A stretch of 64,000 nucleotides of DNA from Candidatus Falkowbacteria bacterium (GCA_963747695.1 CAVVFV010000008.1:11592-75591), one strand, 5' to 3'; shown: positions 8,760-17,778, numbered from the stretch's first letter. Numbers and translations: made by a program. The notes: generated from the sequence alone by a model not told the origin.

Positions 8760-8876
8760 ATGATGCGAATACTACGAATTTTTCGCGAATACCGCGAACT
8801 ATTTATCGAATTAAGATGCGATAATTCGTTAAATCTATTTGTTGTATTCGCGAAGAATTCGTAGTATTCGCATCAT
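8760..8876. repeat. 117-nt palindromic element, CGAATAC-word family
   Basis: ATGATGCGAATACTACGAAT ... ATTCGTAGTATTCGCATCAT. It is near-identical in length and ends to 39030-39146. Confidence 0.9.
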
Positions 8877-8894
8877 GGCATAAAGATTATTTCT

Positions 8895-11252
8895 ATGGAC
8901 GACCAACAAAACGAATCATGGTTGGAAAAAAACAAAACTGTTTTTATCGTTTTGGGAATTTTTCTTATTTTGGCGATCGTCATCATCTTGATTTTTTTGG
9001 GCATGCGGCTGCTTAATGAATCAAAAACAAATATTTCCCAGCCGCCGGTTCCGGTTGCCACTTCTACCGTCACGGCGACGCCGGTTGTTTCCTCAACTGC
9101 GGCCTTGCCTACCTCCGGCGAAGCGGAACAGGCCGGCGCGGCCACCGGCACCGCCGCCTCCGAACAGCTGGCGGAGAAAGCCAGCTTCGGCGATTTTTAT
9201 CACCCGACGACTTCGACAATCATCTTAAAGCCGGCGAATTTCACCTTACCTTTCAATGTCAAAACCGCAGTCGCCAACTATTACGACGTTGATCGCAAAA
9301 TGAGCCTGGATAGCGGTTTGGACAGCTTGAATAACAATGGCTTTGCCGTGCTGGACAATCCTTTCAAGTCGGAAGCCGATGATTTTTTCCAGATGTATTC
9401 CTCGCTCGACGCCAAACAAGTGCCGACTTTGATCACCGGCGATTTCCTGATTTATTATTATCAGAATGTTTTGAAGCTGGCGTACCAGGAAGTGGAGAGT
9501 ACGATTTTTTACGATAATCTTTGGGCGGCGGATCAAAGATTGTATCAGATCGCCAAGCAAAGATACGAAGCTAACCTCAATCAAAAAGGAGCGGTGAACG
9601 AGGTGGCCTTGGAAGCATCACGGCTGGAAACGGCGTATTTCGCCACCGCCTTGAGTCTGTTGGCTCCGACCGATAATCAAATTTCTTCCGCTTCCGGATT
9701 GAGCGGCTCGAGTAATTTTACCACCGCCGAAGCTTCGCAATATTCTTTGCAGCTGCCGGCCTATCTCACCGACGATGTCGGAGCCGAGCTGGCGCTGATC
9801 CGCGCCGGCGCCGGCGTTGCCAAATCGCCGGTAATGCTGTACCAGCGCGATTATAAAAATTTCTCCGTGCCGACGGCTTTTCAGAGCAATGCCCGGCTAC
9901 GCAATTTTTATCTCGCTTCCCAGTGGCTCAATTCGGTTTTTCCGCTTGATTATCAGGGCGCGGCTTGTCCTAATTGTCTTCTCGACCGCGATGATTGGCG
10001 GATAAATTTTTCCGCGGCATTTCTCGTCTCCGCCGATCTGGCTTCGGATCAGAATTTGAAAAACGAATGGGCGAAGATTTATAAAATCCAATCATTTTTT
10101 TCCGGATTGCGCGGCGATTTGAATTATCTTGATTATGCTCAGGCTTTCAACGATGCTTTTCCCGGCCGTGCTGATATCACCGAGATTCTCCAAGGAGTAC
10201 CGGCCGATAATGACACAAACTTAGCGCTGTTGCAGAGTAAATTGGCGGCGATTGATTTTTCCGCTTTAACCGGCGGCTTAAGCAAGACTGCCACGACCAC
10301 TCAGCCGTTGCTGGGTTTCAAAATGCTGACGGATTCCTATTGGCCGGATGATTATATTTTCAGCCAGCTCGTTTACCCGGCGGTCGGAAAATTTTTGGGC
10401 ACGGATAAAGAGGCCCAGGCGGCAGTGACCGCTTGCTCATTACCCGGCCAGGTTGGGAACTATCGTTGCGTCGGTTCGGCGGATGACGTACTTAATCTGA
10501 TCTATCCGTTAAGTTCGAAAGGCGACGATTATTTCGCCAGTAACACCAACTATACTGACTATGGCCAGCAGGCGCTCAGTCTGCAAAAGATGCTCGGCGA
10601 TTTCAATGTCGATGCCTGGCACAGCAATTCTTATTGGACCAATTTGGACATCAGCAATAAATTTTTGCATGCTCCCGAATTGACCAAAGTCAACCTGATG
10701 AACAGCGTTGCCTGGCAGAATAAGAATCAGGCGGCGGCTCGAGCTGCCTGGGCGAACGAAGAATTGCCGGCCGATACTTTCGCGCCCTACAAAAGCCAGG
10801 ATGCGATCGGACTCAATCAAACCGGCGCGAGCAATCCGACCCCGCTGTATCAATATATCGAACCGGATCTGACTTTGTGCCGCGAGCTGGTTTTCGATTC
10901 ACAGATGGTTATCCAAATGCTCACCCTCCTCAATGTCGGCGACGGCGAAAATACCGTTCTGGCCGATTTGAAAACTATGGAAAAGAATTTGAGCGGCGCG
11001 GAAACGATTATGACCAAAGAATTGCAAGGCGAAGATTTAAGTGCGGCCGACAGCAGTTTCATCGACGACTTCAAACACGCTTTTTCCGTCACCAGCGAAG
11101 GGAGCAAAAGTTTCAGCTTAACGCCGGTCAGTAGCGGACACTCGCTTCAGGAAAACTTGTCCGGCGTCAAATTGCTGGTCTATTCATTCGTCCGCGGCGA
11201 TCAGAAATTCATGGCTGTCGGCCCTGTCTTCAATTTCACGGAAGAAAAATAA
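8895..11252 (+). CDS. Large membrane-anchored or secreted hypothetical protein (785 aa)
   Basis: N-terminal TM helix followed by a Pro/Ala/Thr linker. I recognise no motif with confidence; any DUF3160-like resemblance is only a guess. Confidence 0.6.
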   Translation: MDDQQNESWLEKNKTVFIVLGIFLILAIVIILIFLGMRLLNESKTNISQPPVPVATSTVTATPVVSSTAALPTSGEAEQAGAATGTAASEQLAEKASFGDFYHPTTSTIILKPANFTLPFNVKTAVANYYDVDRKMSLDSGLDSLNNNGFAVLDNPFKSEADDFFQMYSSLDAKQVPTLITGDFLIYYYQNVLKLAYQEVESTIFYDNLWAADQRLYQIAKQRYEANLNQKGAVNEVALEASRLETAYFATALSLLAPTDNQISSASGLSGSSNFTTAEASQYSLQLPAYLTDDVGAELALIRAGAGVAKSPVMLYQRDYKNFSVPTAFQSNARLRNFYLASQWLNSVFPLDYQGAACPNCLLDRDDWRINFSAAFLVSADLASDQNLKNEWAKIYKIQSFFSGLRGDLNYLDYAQAFNDAFPGRADITEILQGVPADNDTNLALLQSKLAAIDFSALTGGLSKTATTTQPLLGFKMLTDSYWPDDYIFSQLVYPAVGKFLGTDKEAQAAVTACSLPGQVGNYRCVGSADDVLNLIYPLSSKGDDYFASNTNYTDYGQQALSLQKMLGDFNVDAWHSNSYWTNLDISNKFLHAPELTKVNLMNSVAWQNKNQAAARAAWANEELPADTFAPYKSQDAIGLNQTGASNPTPLYQYIEPDLTLCRELVFDSQMVIQMLTLLNVGDGENTVLADLKTMEKNLSGAETIMTKELQGEDLSAADSSFIDDFKHAFSVTSEGSKSFSLTPVSSGHSLQENLSGVKLLVYSFVRGDQKFMAVGPVFNFTEEK

Positions 11253-11278
11253 GAAGTTTGGACGACAGTTATGAGCGA

Positions 11279-11307
11279 TTAAGAATTAGGATTTAAGAAT
11301 TATGAAT
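11279..11307. repeat. Left copy of a 29-nt inverted repeat (TAAGAATT words)
   Basis: TTAAGAATTAGGATTTAAGAATTATGAAT is the reverse complement of 12192-12220 with 1 mismatch. Confidence 0.85.
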
Positions 11308-11311
11308 ATCT

Positions 11312-11332
11312 GCCCCCTTCCAGGGGGTTTTT
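11312..11332 (+). terminator. Rho-independent terminator
   Basis: CCCCC-TTCCA-GGGGG followed by TTTTT. Confidence 0.7.
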
Positions 11333-11441
11333 GCTTATTTTAGATAAAATACTTGACTTAATTAAATAAGTGTGGCAATATTTAATAGAAATAATTATTT
11401 ATTTTGTCATTCCCGCCTTCGCGGGGATGACATATTGATTT

Positions 11442-11807
11442 ATGTATACTCCCAAAGTTCTCGAGCATTTTAAGAATCCGCGCAATCAGGGCGAAATGAA
11501 AGATTGCGACGCGGTCGGCCAGGAAGGCAACCCGGTCTGCGGCGACGTGATGAAAATATATCTGAAGATCGAAAATAATATCATTAAGGATGTTAAGTTC
11601 GAAACTTTGGGCTGCGCCGCGGCGATCGCCGTCTCTTCGGATCTGACCGAGATGGTCAAAGGCAAAACTTTGGACGAAGCGCTGGCGATCACTAAAGACG
11701 ATGTGGTCAAAGATCTGGGCGGCTTGCCGGAAGTTAAGGTTCATTGTTCGATGCTCGGCGTCGACGCGTTAAGAAAGGCGATTGAAAATTATAAAAATAA
11801 AAGCTAA
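11442..11807 (+). CDS. iscU: Fe-S cluster scaffold IscU/NifU N-terminal type
   Basis: Three conserved Cys contexts: PVCGD, LGCAAAIA and HCSMLG. Confidence 0.9.
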   Translation: MYTPKVLEHFKNPRNQGEMKDCDAVGQEGNPVCGDVMKIYLKIENNIIKDVKFETLGCAAAIAVSSDLTEMVKGKTLDEALAITKDDVVKDLGGLPEVKVHCSMLGVDALRKAIENYKNKS

Positions 11808-11876
11808 TGCTAATTTTGCGAATGATGCGAATCTACGAATATTCGCGCGATTCGCATCATTAGAAAATTAGCATTA
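11805..11876. repeat. Palindromic element, TAATGCTAATTTT...GATGCGAAT subtype
   Basis: Arm TAATGCTAATTTTGCGAATGATGCGAATC pairs with GATTCGCATCATTAGAAAATTAGCATTA. It starts in the iscU stop codon, and the same arms occur at 52585-52689. Confidence 0.85.
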
Positions 11877-11889
11877 AACTAATTGGCAT

Positions 11890-12138
11890 ATGTCGAAAAA
11901 TAAAATAAATAATATTGAAGAAAAGATAAGAAAATCGCTGGATACTGTCCGTCCTTCGCTGCAGGCCGACGGCGGCGACGTGGAGTTTAAGAGTTTTGAC
12001 GCTAAAAGCGGCACGGTGAAAGTCGCTCTGGTTGGTCATTGCGCCCATTGTCCAATGTCGCAGCTAACTTTGAAGGAAGGGGTGGAAGCGATCTTGAAGA
12101 AGGAAGTTCCGGAGGTAAAGAAAGTCATAAACGATTAA
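11890..12138 (+). CDS. NifU C-terminal-domain protein (Fe-S carrier)
   Basis: GGDVEF and GHCAHCPMS (CxxC) motifs. Confidence 0.85.
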   Translation: MSKNKINNIEEKIRKSLDTVRPSLQADGGDVEFKSFDAKSGTVKVALVGHCAHCPMSQLTLKEGVEAILKKEVPEVKKVIND

Positions 12139-12191
12139 TCAATTCGCCGCGCCGCCAGTCTCGCGAAGCGGACTGCGGCGGACCCAGATAT

Positions 12192-12220
12192 ATTCATAAA
12201 TCTTAAATCCTAATTCTTAA
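12192..12220. repeat. Right copy of the 29-nt inverted repeat
   Basis: ATTCATAAATCTTAAATCCTAATTCTTAA. It ends 10 nt before the ddl ATG. Confidence 0.85.
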
Positions 12221-12230
12221 ATCTTATTTA

Positions 12231-13214
12231 ATGAAAAAGGTAGCTTTATTTTTTGGCGGTTTGGGTAATGAAGCGGAAGTTTCGGTTAACTCGGCCGTCA
12301 ATGTTTTTAAGAATTTCGACTTGCGCCGATATAAATTGAGCTGCGTTTATTGGCATAAGAACGGCTTGTTTTACCGGGTGCCGGATCCGGCGCATTTGAA
12401 AACTTCGAACAAAAATATATTATTGATCGAAGATTTTAAGCGCAGTTTTGACGTTGCTTTGCCCATGACCCACGGCCGCTTCGGCGAAGACGGCGTGTTG
12501 CAGGGAATTTTTGAGGCGCAAATAATCAAATATTGCGGCTGCCGCCTCTTGGCATCGGCACTCTGCATGGATAAGGCGGTTTGCAAGGAATTGGCGGCGG
12601 GCGCCAAGATCAGACAGGTTAAATTTTTGGCTTTTGATGCCGCCTTGAGTCAAAAAAAAGATTTGGCCAAATTTCTGGCGGCCGTGAAGAAAACTTTGTG
12701 CTTTCCCGTTTACGTCAAGCCGTCTAATTCCGGATCTTCGGTCGGTATTACGCGCGTGGAAAGGGTGAGTGGTTTAGCTGGCGCCATCAGGGAAGCTTTT
12801 AAGCATGATCAAAAAATCTTGGTCGAGGAAGGCCTGATCAGTCCCAGAGAAATTGAAGTGGCGGTAATGGGTAACAAGGAATTGATCATTTCCCGGCCGG
12901 GGGAAATCAAACCCGGCAAAGATTTTTATGATTACGATGATAAATATAAATTGGGTCAGGCTCAAGCGATAATTCCGGCCCGGCTAAGTAACGCTCAGGC
13001 GCAAGCGATAAGGAATCTAGCGGAAAAAGTTTACCGGCTTTGCGGCTGCGCCGGATTCGCCCGCGTCGACTTTTTTATTCATCACGGCCAAGTTTATTTC
13101 AACGAGATCAACACCTTGCCCGGCTTTACGGATATCTCGATGTTCCCGATGTTGATGATTGACCAGGGAATGACCTATCGGCAGTTGATTAATAAAATTA
13201 TAGAATTGTCTTAA
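12231..13214 (+). CDS. ddl: D-alanine--D-alanine ligase
   Basis: ATP-grasp layout with FGEDGVLQG, SGSSVGI and NEINTLPGFT. Confidence 0.9.
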   Translation: MKKVALFFGGLGNEAEVSVNSAVNVFKNFDLRRYKLSCVYWHKNGLFYRVPDPAHLKTSNKNILLIEDFKRSFDVALPMTHGRFGEDGVLQGIFEAQIIKYCGCRLLASALCMDKAVCKELAAGAKIRQVKFLAFDAALSQKKDLAKFLAAVKKTLCFPVYVKPSNSGSSVGITRVERVSGLAGAIREAFKHDQKILVEEGLISPREIEVAVMGNKELIISRPGEIKPGKDFYDYDDKYKLGQAQAIIPARLSNAQAQAIRNLAEKVYRLCGCAGFARVDFFIHHGQVYFNEINTLPGFTDISMFPMLMIDQGMTYRQLINKIIELS

Positions 13215-13233
13215 TAAAAAAGTTTTTTTGTAT

Positions 13234-13283
13234 GTATTCGCGATATTCGCGGCATTCGCGCTCATTCGCGGATTAGCATCATG
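13234..13283. repeat. Solo arm (half element) of the CGAATAC/ATTCGC family
   Basis: GTATTCGCGATATTCGCGGCATTCGCGCTCATTCGCGGATTAGCATCAT resembles the right arms of full elements. No left arm is present. Confidence 0.65.
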
Positions 13284-14513
13284 TTTATGATATATTTCGA
13301 CCACAGCGCCACGACTCCGGCGGATAAGAAAGTCTTAAAAGCGATGGAGCCGTATTGGCGGGAAATTTTTGGCAATCCGTCTTCGATCCATGCATATGGG
13401 CAGCAGGCGGTTTTGGGCGTGGATCAGGCCCGGGCTAAAGCGGCCAAATTTTTCGGCTGCGAGAACGAGGAAATCATCTTCACTTCCGGCGCCACTGAGG
13501 CTAATAATCTGGCTTTGCGCGGGGTCATCAAGGCGTTAAAGGGCGAAGTTGCCAAGCCGCACATCATCACTTCCAAAGTCGAACATGACGCGATTATCGA
13601 ACCGTGCCGCGATCTCGAGCAGGAAGGGGTTGAAGTTACTTATTTGCCGGTTGATAAAACTGGAAGAATAAATCCGGAAGACGTGAAAAAGGCGATTAAG
13701 GAAAATACGGTCTTAGTTTCCATTATGGATGTGAATAGCGAGGTCGGCATCCGCGAGCCGATCCGCGAGATCGGCAAGCTGATCGAGAAAATCAATGAAG
13801 GAAGAATGAACGAGTGGCAGCGGACCGGGGCGGCCAAGAAATTGCCCAAGCCGCGGACGATTTATTTTCATACCGATGCCACGCAAGCGGTGAATTTTTT
13901 CGATTGCAACGTCGATAAGCTTCATGTTGACTTACTCTCAATGTCGGCGCATAAAATCTACGGACCCAAAGGCGTAGGACTTTTGTATATCAGAAAAGGC
14001 GTGTCAATCGCGCCGATTCAGCTGGGCGGTCATCATGAACGGAATATCCGTTCCGGAACCTTGAATGTCACCGGCATCGTCGGTCTGGGTGAAGCTTTGG
14101 CTTTAATCACTGAGACCGATCAGGAAAAAAATAATAAAAAAATAGCGGTCTTGCGCGATCGCCTGGTCGAGGGAGTAATAAAAAATATTCCCGATGTGGT
14201 TTTGAATACCGACCGCCCCAATGCGACTCCGGCCCATGCTCATTTTACGCTTCGTGGCGCGGAAGGTGAATCAGTCTTGATCTCACTTGATTTCGAAGGC
14301 ATAGCCGTGTCCACCGGTTCGGCTTGCGCTTCGAACAGTTTGAAATCATCGGAAGTTTTGGAGGCAATGGGCGTCTGTGAGGAAGATTCTCATTATTCGA
14401 TCCGCTTTACTCTGGGCAAGGATAATACCCGCGAAGAAGTTGATAAAGTCGTTAAAATTTTACCCGGGATAATTAAGAAGCTTAGAGAGATGAACCCGAT
14501 TTACGGAAAATAA
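13281..14513 (+). CDS. nifS: Cysteine desulfurase (NifS/IscS type)
   Basis: SAHKIYGPKG (PLP lysine) and TGSACAS (active-site Cys). The start may be the ATG at 13287. Confidence 0.9.
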   Translation: MFMIYFDHSATTPADKKVLKAMEPYWREIFGNPSSIHAYGQQAVLGVDQARAKAAKFFGCENEEIIFTSGATEANNLALRGVIKALKGEVAKPHIITSKVEHDAIIEPCRDLEQEGVEVTYLPVDKTGRINPEDVKKAIKENTVLVSIMDVNSEVGIREPIREIGKLIEKINEGRMNEWQRTGAAKKLPKPRTIYFHTDATQAVNFFDCNVDKLHVDLLSMSAHKIYGPKGVGLLYIRKGVSIAPIQLGGHHERNIRSGTLNVTGIVGLGEALALITETDQEKNNKKIAVLRDRLVEGVIKNIPDVVLNTDRPNATPAHAHFTLRGAEGESVLISLDFEGIAVSTGSACASNSLKSSEVLEAMGVCEEDSHYSIRFTLGKDNTREEVDKVVKILPGIIKKLREMNPIYGK

Positions 14514-14962
14514 CCAATATCAAATAACCAATATTTAAAAAAATAAAAAATATTAAAATAATTTAAAGCATGATTTATGATCTGGAGGGGAGAACTAAAT
14601 CATTTAGCAGTAATGTGCTGAATTTTTTGCAAGCCGTGCCGCGAAATGATTTTACCAGAAACATTATTTTACAATTGATCAGGTCGGCAACAAGTATTGG
14701 CGCAAATTATCATGAGGCGAATGGCGGCTGTTATAGGAAGGAATTTAAAAATAGAATTTCCATCTGCTTGAGAGAAACAAAAGAAACTAAATATTGGATA
14801 GAATTATTGGCTAAATGCAGGGGTGTTGAATTGGCGGCGTTAAGAAAATTGTGGAAAGAGGCTGCTGAATTTTCTCTAATTTTTGGCTAGATATATTCAA
14901 GTTTATAATATTAAAATATTTAGATATTTTTTTAAGTATTGGTTATTTGATATTGGATATTT
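14514..14962. repeat. Composite palindromic cassette (CCAATAT-word arms) enclosing a four-helix-bundle ORF
   Basis: Left arm CCAATATCAAATAACCAATATTTAAAAAAATA... (14514-14568) pairs with right arm ...TAAGTATTGGTTATTTGATATTGGATATTT (14901-14962). The cassette fills the nifS stop to GT4 start spacer exactly. Confidence 0.8.
14570..14890 (+). CDS. Four helix bundle protein (23S rRNA IVS protein / Avd-like family)
   Basis: RSATSIGANYHEANG and KETKYWIELL motifs. Length is 106 aa. Confidence 0.8.
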   Translation: MIYDLEGRTKSFSSNVLNFLQAVPRNDFTRNIILQLIRSATSIGANYHEANGGCYRKEFKNRISICLRETKETKYWIELLAKCRGVELAALRKLWKEAAEFSLIFG

Positions 14963-16093
14963 ATGAAGATCTTACTTGTAATAACGAAGGCCGTCGTGGG
15001 CGGGGCGCAGACTTCCGTATTGAATTTGGCGCGGGAAATGAAGCGGCGCGGTCATGAGGTCACGGTCGGGTTTGGCGATGGCGATTGGCTGCCGCTTGAA
15101 TTGGATAAAGCGAAAATCGCGTATTATCGTTTCCGTAATTTAAAGAGAACGCATAATCCCTTGGCCAATCTTTTTTTTATCGGCGAGATCGCCGGCTATT
15201 TGCGGCGCAAGGATTTTAGCGCGGTGCATTTCAATAGTTCCAATGCCTTGCCCGGCGCGATTGGCGCGAAATTGGCCGGTCGAAAAATTAGGACAATTTT
15301 CACTTTCCGGGGTATGTCGATGCTGGACGAGCATTACCGGACGAACCCGATCAAGAAGTTCGCTTATCGGTTATTTTTTAAATTCTGCCTGTTATTCGTG
15401 GACGCGCCGGTTTTCGTTTCCCGGGAAAATTGGGAAAAATTCGGCCAAGGCCAGCTAACCAAGCGAGGATTCTTGATTTACAATGGTTTGGATCCGGAAC
15501 AGGTGAATTTCGTTCCGCGGGCAGAGGCGATTAATTTTTTTTCGCAAAAGACCGGTCGTGATTTGGCGGGAAAATACCTCCTCGGCTCGATCGGCCGCCT
15601 GGATTATGCCAAGAATTACGAGTTCTTGATCAATATTTTCCCGAAAATTTTGAATATCCGGTCGGATGCCGCGCTAGCGATTATGGGCGAGGGAGCGGAG
15701 CGAGCGCAGTATGAAAATTTAATCCAGGCCAAAGGTTTGACGGAAAAAATATTTTTATTGGGCAACGTCGAGAATGGCGGCCGCTATCTTCGTGGGTTTG
15801 ATTTGTTCGTCCAGCCGTCGCGTTATGAAGGATTGTCAATCGCCTTGATCGAGGCCTTGTTTGCCGGCTCGCTTATTTTGACTAGCGACGTCGGCGGCAA
15901 TCGCGAGGTCGTCGGCGGCTCCAACGAAGAAATATACCGCCTGGACGATGAAGCGGAATTTCTCGCCAAATTCCAGGCTCTGCAGGATATCGATCTTTGG
16001 CCGAAGATAATCCACAATAACGCGGGTCAGGCGCTCAAATTCCGTCTCGCCGACACCGCCGACGGCTATGAGAAAATTTACCAAGAAAAATAA
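14963..16093 (+). CDS. Glycosyltransferase family 4 (GT-B)
   Basis: C-terminal EGLSIALIEALFAG (E-x7-E motif). Confidence 0.8.
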   Translation: MKILLVITKAVVGGAQTSVLNLAREMKRRGHEVTVGFGDGDWLPLELDKAKIAYYRFRNLKRTHNPLANLFFIGEIAGYLRRKDFSAVHFNSSNALPGAIGAKLAGRKIRTIFTFRGMSMLDEHYRTNPIKKFAYRLFFKFCLLFVDAPVFVSRENWEKFGQGQLTKRGFLIYNGLDPEQVNFVPRAEAINFFSQKTGRDLAGKYLLGSIGRLDYAKNYEFLINIFPKILNIRSDAALAIMGEGAERAQYENLIQAKGLTEKIFLLGNVENGGRYLRGFDLFVQPSRYEGLSIALIEALFAGSLILTSDVGGNREVVGGSNEEIYRLDDEAEFLAKFQALQDIDLWPKIIHNNAGQALKFRLADTADGYEKIYQEK

Positions 16094-16099
16094 TTTTAT

Positions 16100-16999
16100 A
16101 TGGCTAAACAATTCAGCGTCGTCATCCCGACCTATAATCGGCAAAAAGAGCTGGAGAATTGTCTGACTTCTATTTTGCGCCAGAATCTGCCGCCGGCGGA
16201 AATTATAATCGTCGATGACGCCGGATTAGGCGATGAATTTTTGGCCTATTGGAAACAGGAGTCAACCGTATTGAAGATCGATTTCGTTTATCGGCGCAAA
16301 GATCCGGTGAAAGAAATCCGCGGCAGTTCGGCATCGCGTAATATCGGTTTGGAGCTGGCAAAGGAAAAAATCTGTTTCATTCTGGATGATGATCTGGTCT
16401 TGGAAAATTATTTTTTCCAGGAAATAATGGCTGATTGGAGCGACGATCCCCGTTTGATCGGGGTCGGCGGAGTAATCAGCAATAACCGGATCCGAACCGA
16501 TTGGGAAAAAAAATATAATAAATTTTTTGGTTTTCGCACGGGGATTGCCTGGGATATCAATGGCAGCGGCTTTCAAATCTGGGATGACCATCTGGCCGAC
16601 CGGCAGGTTGCTTTTTACGTCCATGGCGGAGTCTGCGCTTATGATAAAGAGCTGGTCAAAAAACTTGGCGGGTTCACCATTTTCGGCGGCGGCCGCGAAT
16701 CTTTGGAAGACGTGGATTTTTGCTGGCGCGCGAAGCGGGCTGATTATCATTTTTTGATCGAGCCGAAAGCCCGCGTTTTCCATGCCCACAGTCCGGCGGG
16801 CCGCGAAGATGATTTTACCGCCGGTTATAAGGAAAGTTTCAATCGCCGGACAATCTTCAAAACCTTGGGCGGCAAGGAGAGAGACGATTTGATCCGTTTT
16901 TATTGGGCTAATGCCGGCTGGATCCTGCGTCAAATTCTAAGAGGAAAATTTAGAAAAGCCTGGGGGATGATCAGCGGTTTAAGAAAAAAATTTTTATGA
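16100..16999 (+). CDS. Glycosyltransferase family 2
   Basis: VVIPTYNR, IIIVDDAG and ILDDD motifs. Confidence 0.8.
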   Translation: MAKQFSVVIPTYNRQKELENCLTSILRQNLPPAEIIIVDDAGLGDEFLAYWKQESTVLKIDFVYRRKDPVKEIRGSSASRNIGLELAKEKICFILDDDLVLENYFFQEIMADWSDDPRLIGVGGVISNNRIRTDWEKKYNKFFGFRTGIAWDINGSGFQIWDDHLADRQVAFYVHGGVCAYDKELVKKLGGFTIFGGGRESLEDVDFCWRAKRADYHFLIEPKARVFHAHSPAGREDDFTAGYKESFNRRTIFKTLGGKERDDLIRFYWANAGWILRQILRGKFRKAWGMISGLRKKFL

Positions 17000-17775
17000 A
17001 ATTTTCCATCATCACCTGCACGAAAAATAGCGCCAAATATCTGGCGGACAATATCGCTTCGGTCAAAGCGCAGAGTTTTATCGACTATGAGCATATTTTT
17101 ATTGACGCCTTTTCAGCCGACGGCACGGTCGAGCTGATTAAAAAATATCAGCTGGAATTTCCTTCTCAGGTGAAGTTTTTTCAGTTGCCGCCGGCGGGAA
17201 TTTCCGCGGCGATGAATGCCGGCACCGAGCGGGCGGCGGGCGAGTTTTTGATCCACCTTCATTCCGATGACAGTTTTTATGATGAAAAAGTTTTGGCGGA
17301 CGTCGCTGCGTTTCTGGCAAAAAATCCGGCCTTGGATTGGATCTACGGCCGCGCCAATACAGTCAGGGACGACGGGTCGCCGGTATTGGTCTATCCGGAT
17401 AAACCGTTATTGCATTGGCATAATTCGCATAGTTTTATCGGCCGGTATTTGCTCAAGATCATGCGCTTTGTCCCGCACCAGGCGGTTTTCATCAGAAAAT
17501 CGGTATTGGAAAAATTCGGCGGCTTTGATGAAAGTCTGACCTCGGAGATGGACCCGGACCTTTGGTTTAGGCTGAGAAATAAAACCAATTGGAGTTTTTT
17601 TAACCGCATTATTTGCAATTACCGGATGGGCGAGGGGGCGCAATCATCCAGTGTTGACAAACGGCGGGAAAACTTGGAAAATATCAGAATAGTCCAGCAA
17701 AGGCATCTTAATCCGGTCGAATTTTTTTTAGTCGGTTTTCTCAATAAAATCAGGGCCAAGCGGGCAAAAAGATAG
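16996..17775 (+). CDS. Glycosyltransferase family 2
   Basis: FSIITCTKN, FIDAFSADGT and HSDD motifs. Its start overlaps the upstream stop (ATGA). Confidence 0.75.
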   Translation: MKFSIITCTKNSAKYLADNIASVKAQSFIDYEHIFIDAFSADGTVELIKKYQLEFPSQVKFFQLPPAGISAAMNAGTERAAGEFLIHLHSDDSFYDEKVLADVAAFLAKNPALDWIYGRANTVRDDGSPVLVYPDKPLLHWHNSHSFIGRYLLKIMRFVPHQAVFIRKSVLEKFGGFDESLTSEMDPDLWFRLRNKTNWSFFNRIICNYRMGEGAQSSSVDKRRENLENIRIVQQRHLNPVEFFLVGFLNKIRAKRAKR

Positions 17776-17778
17776 TCT

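Noticed and set aside
16997-16999. Alternative genetic code (UGA recoding, as in some CPR lineages).
   Set aside because: TGA terminates well-supported genes (GT2 at 16997-16999 and GT2 at 46436-46438) at family-typical lengths, and no conserved gene is interrupted by an in-frame TGA.
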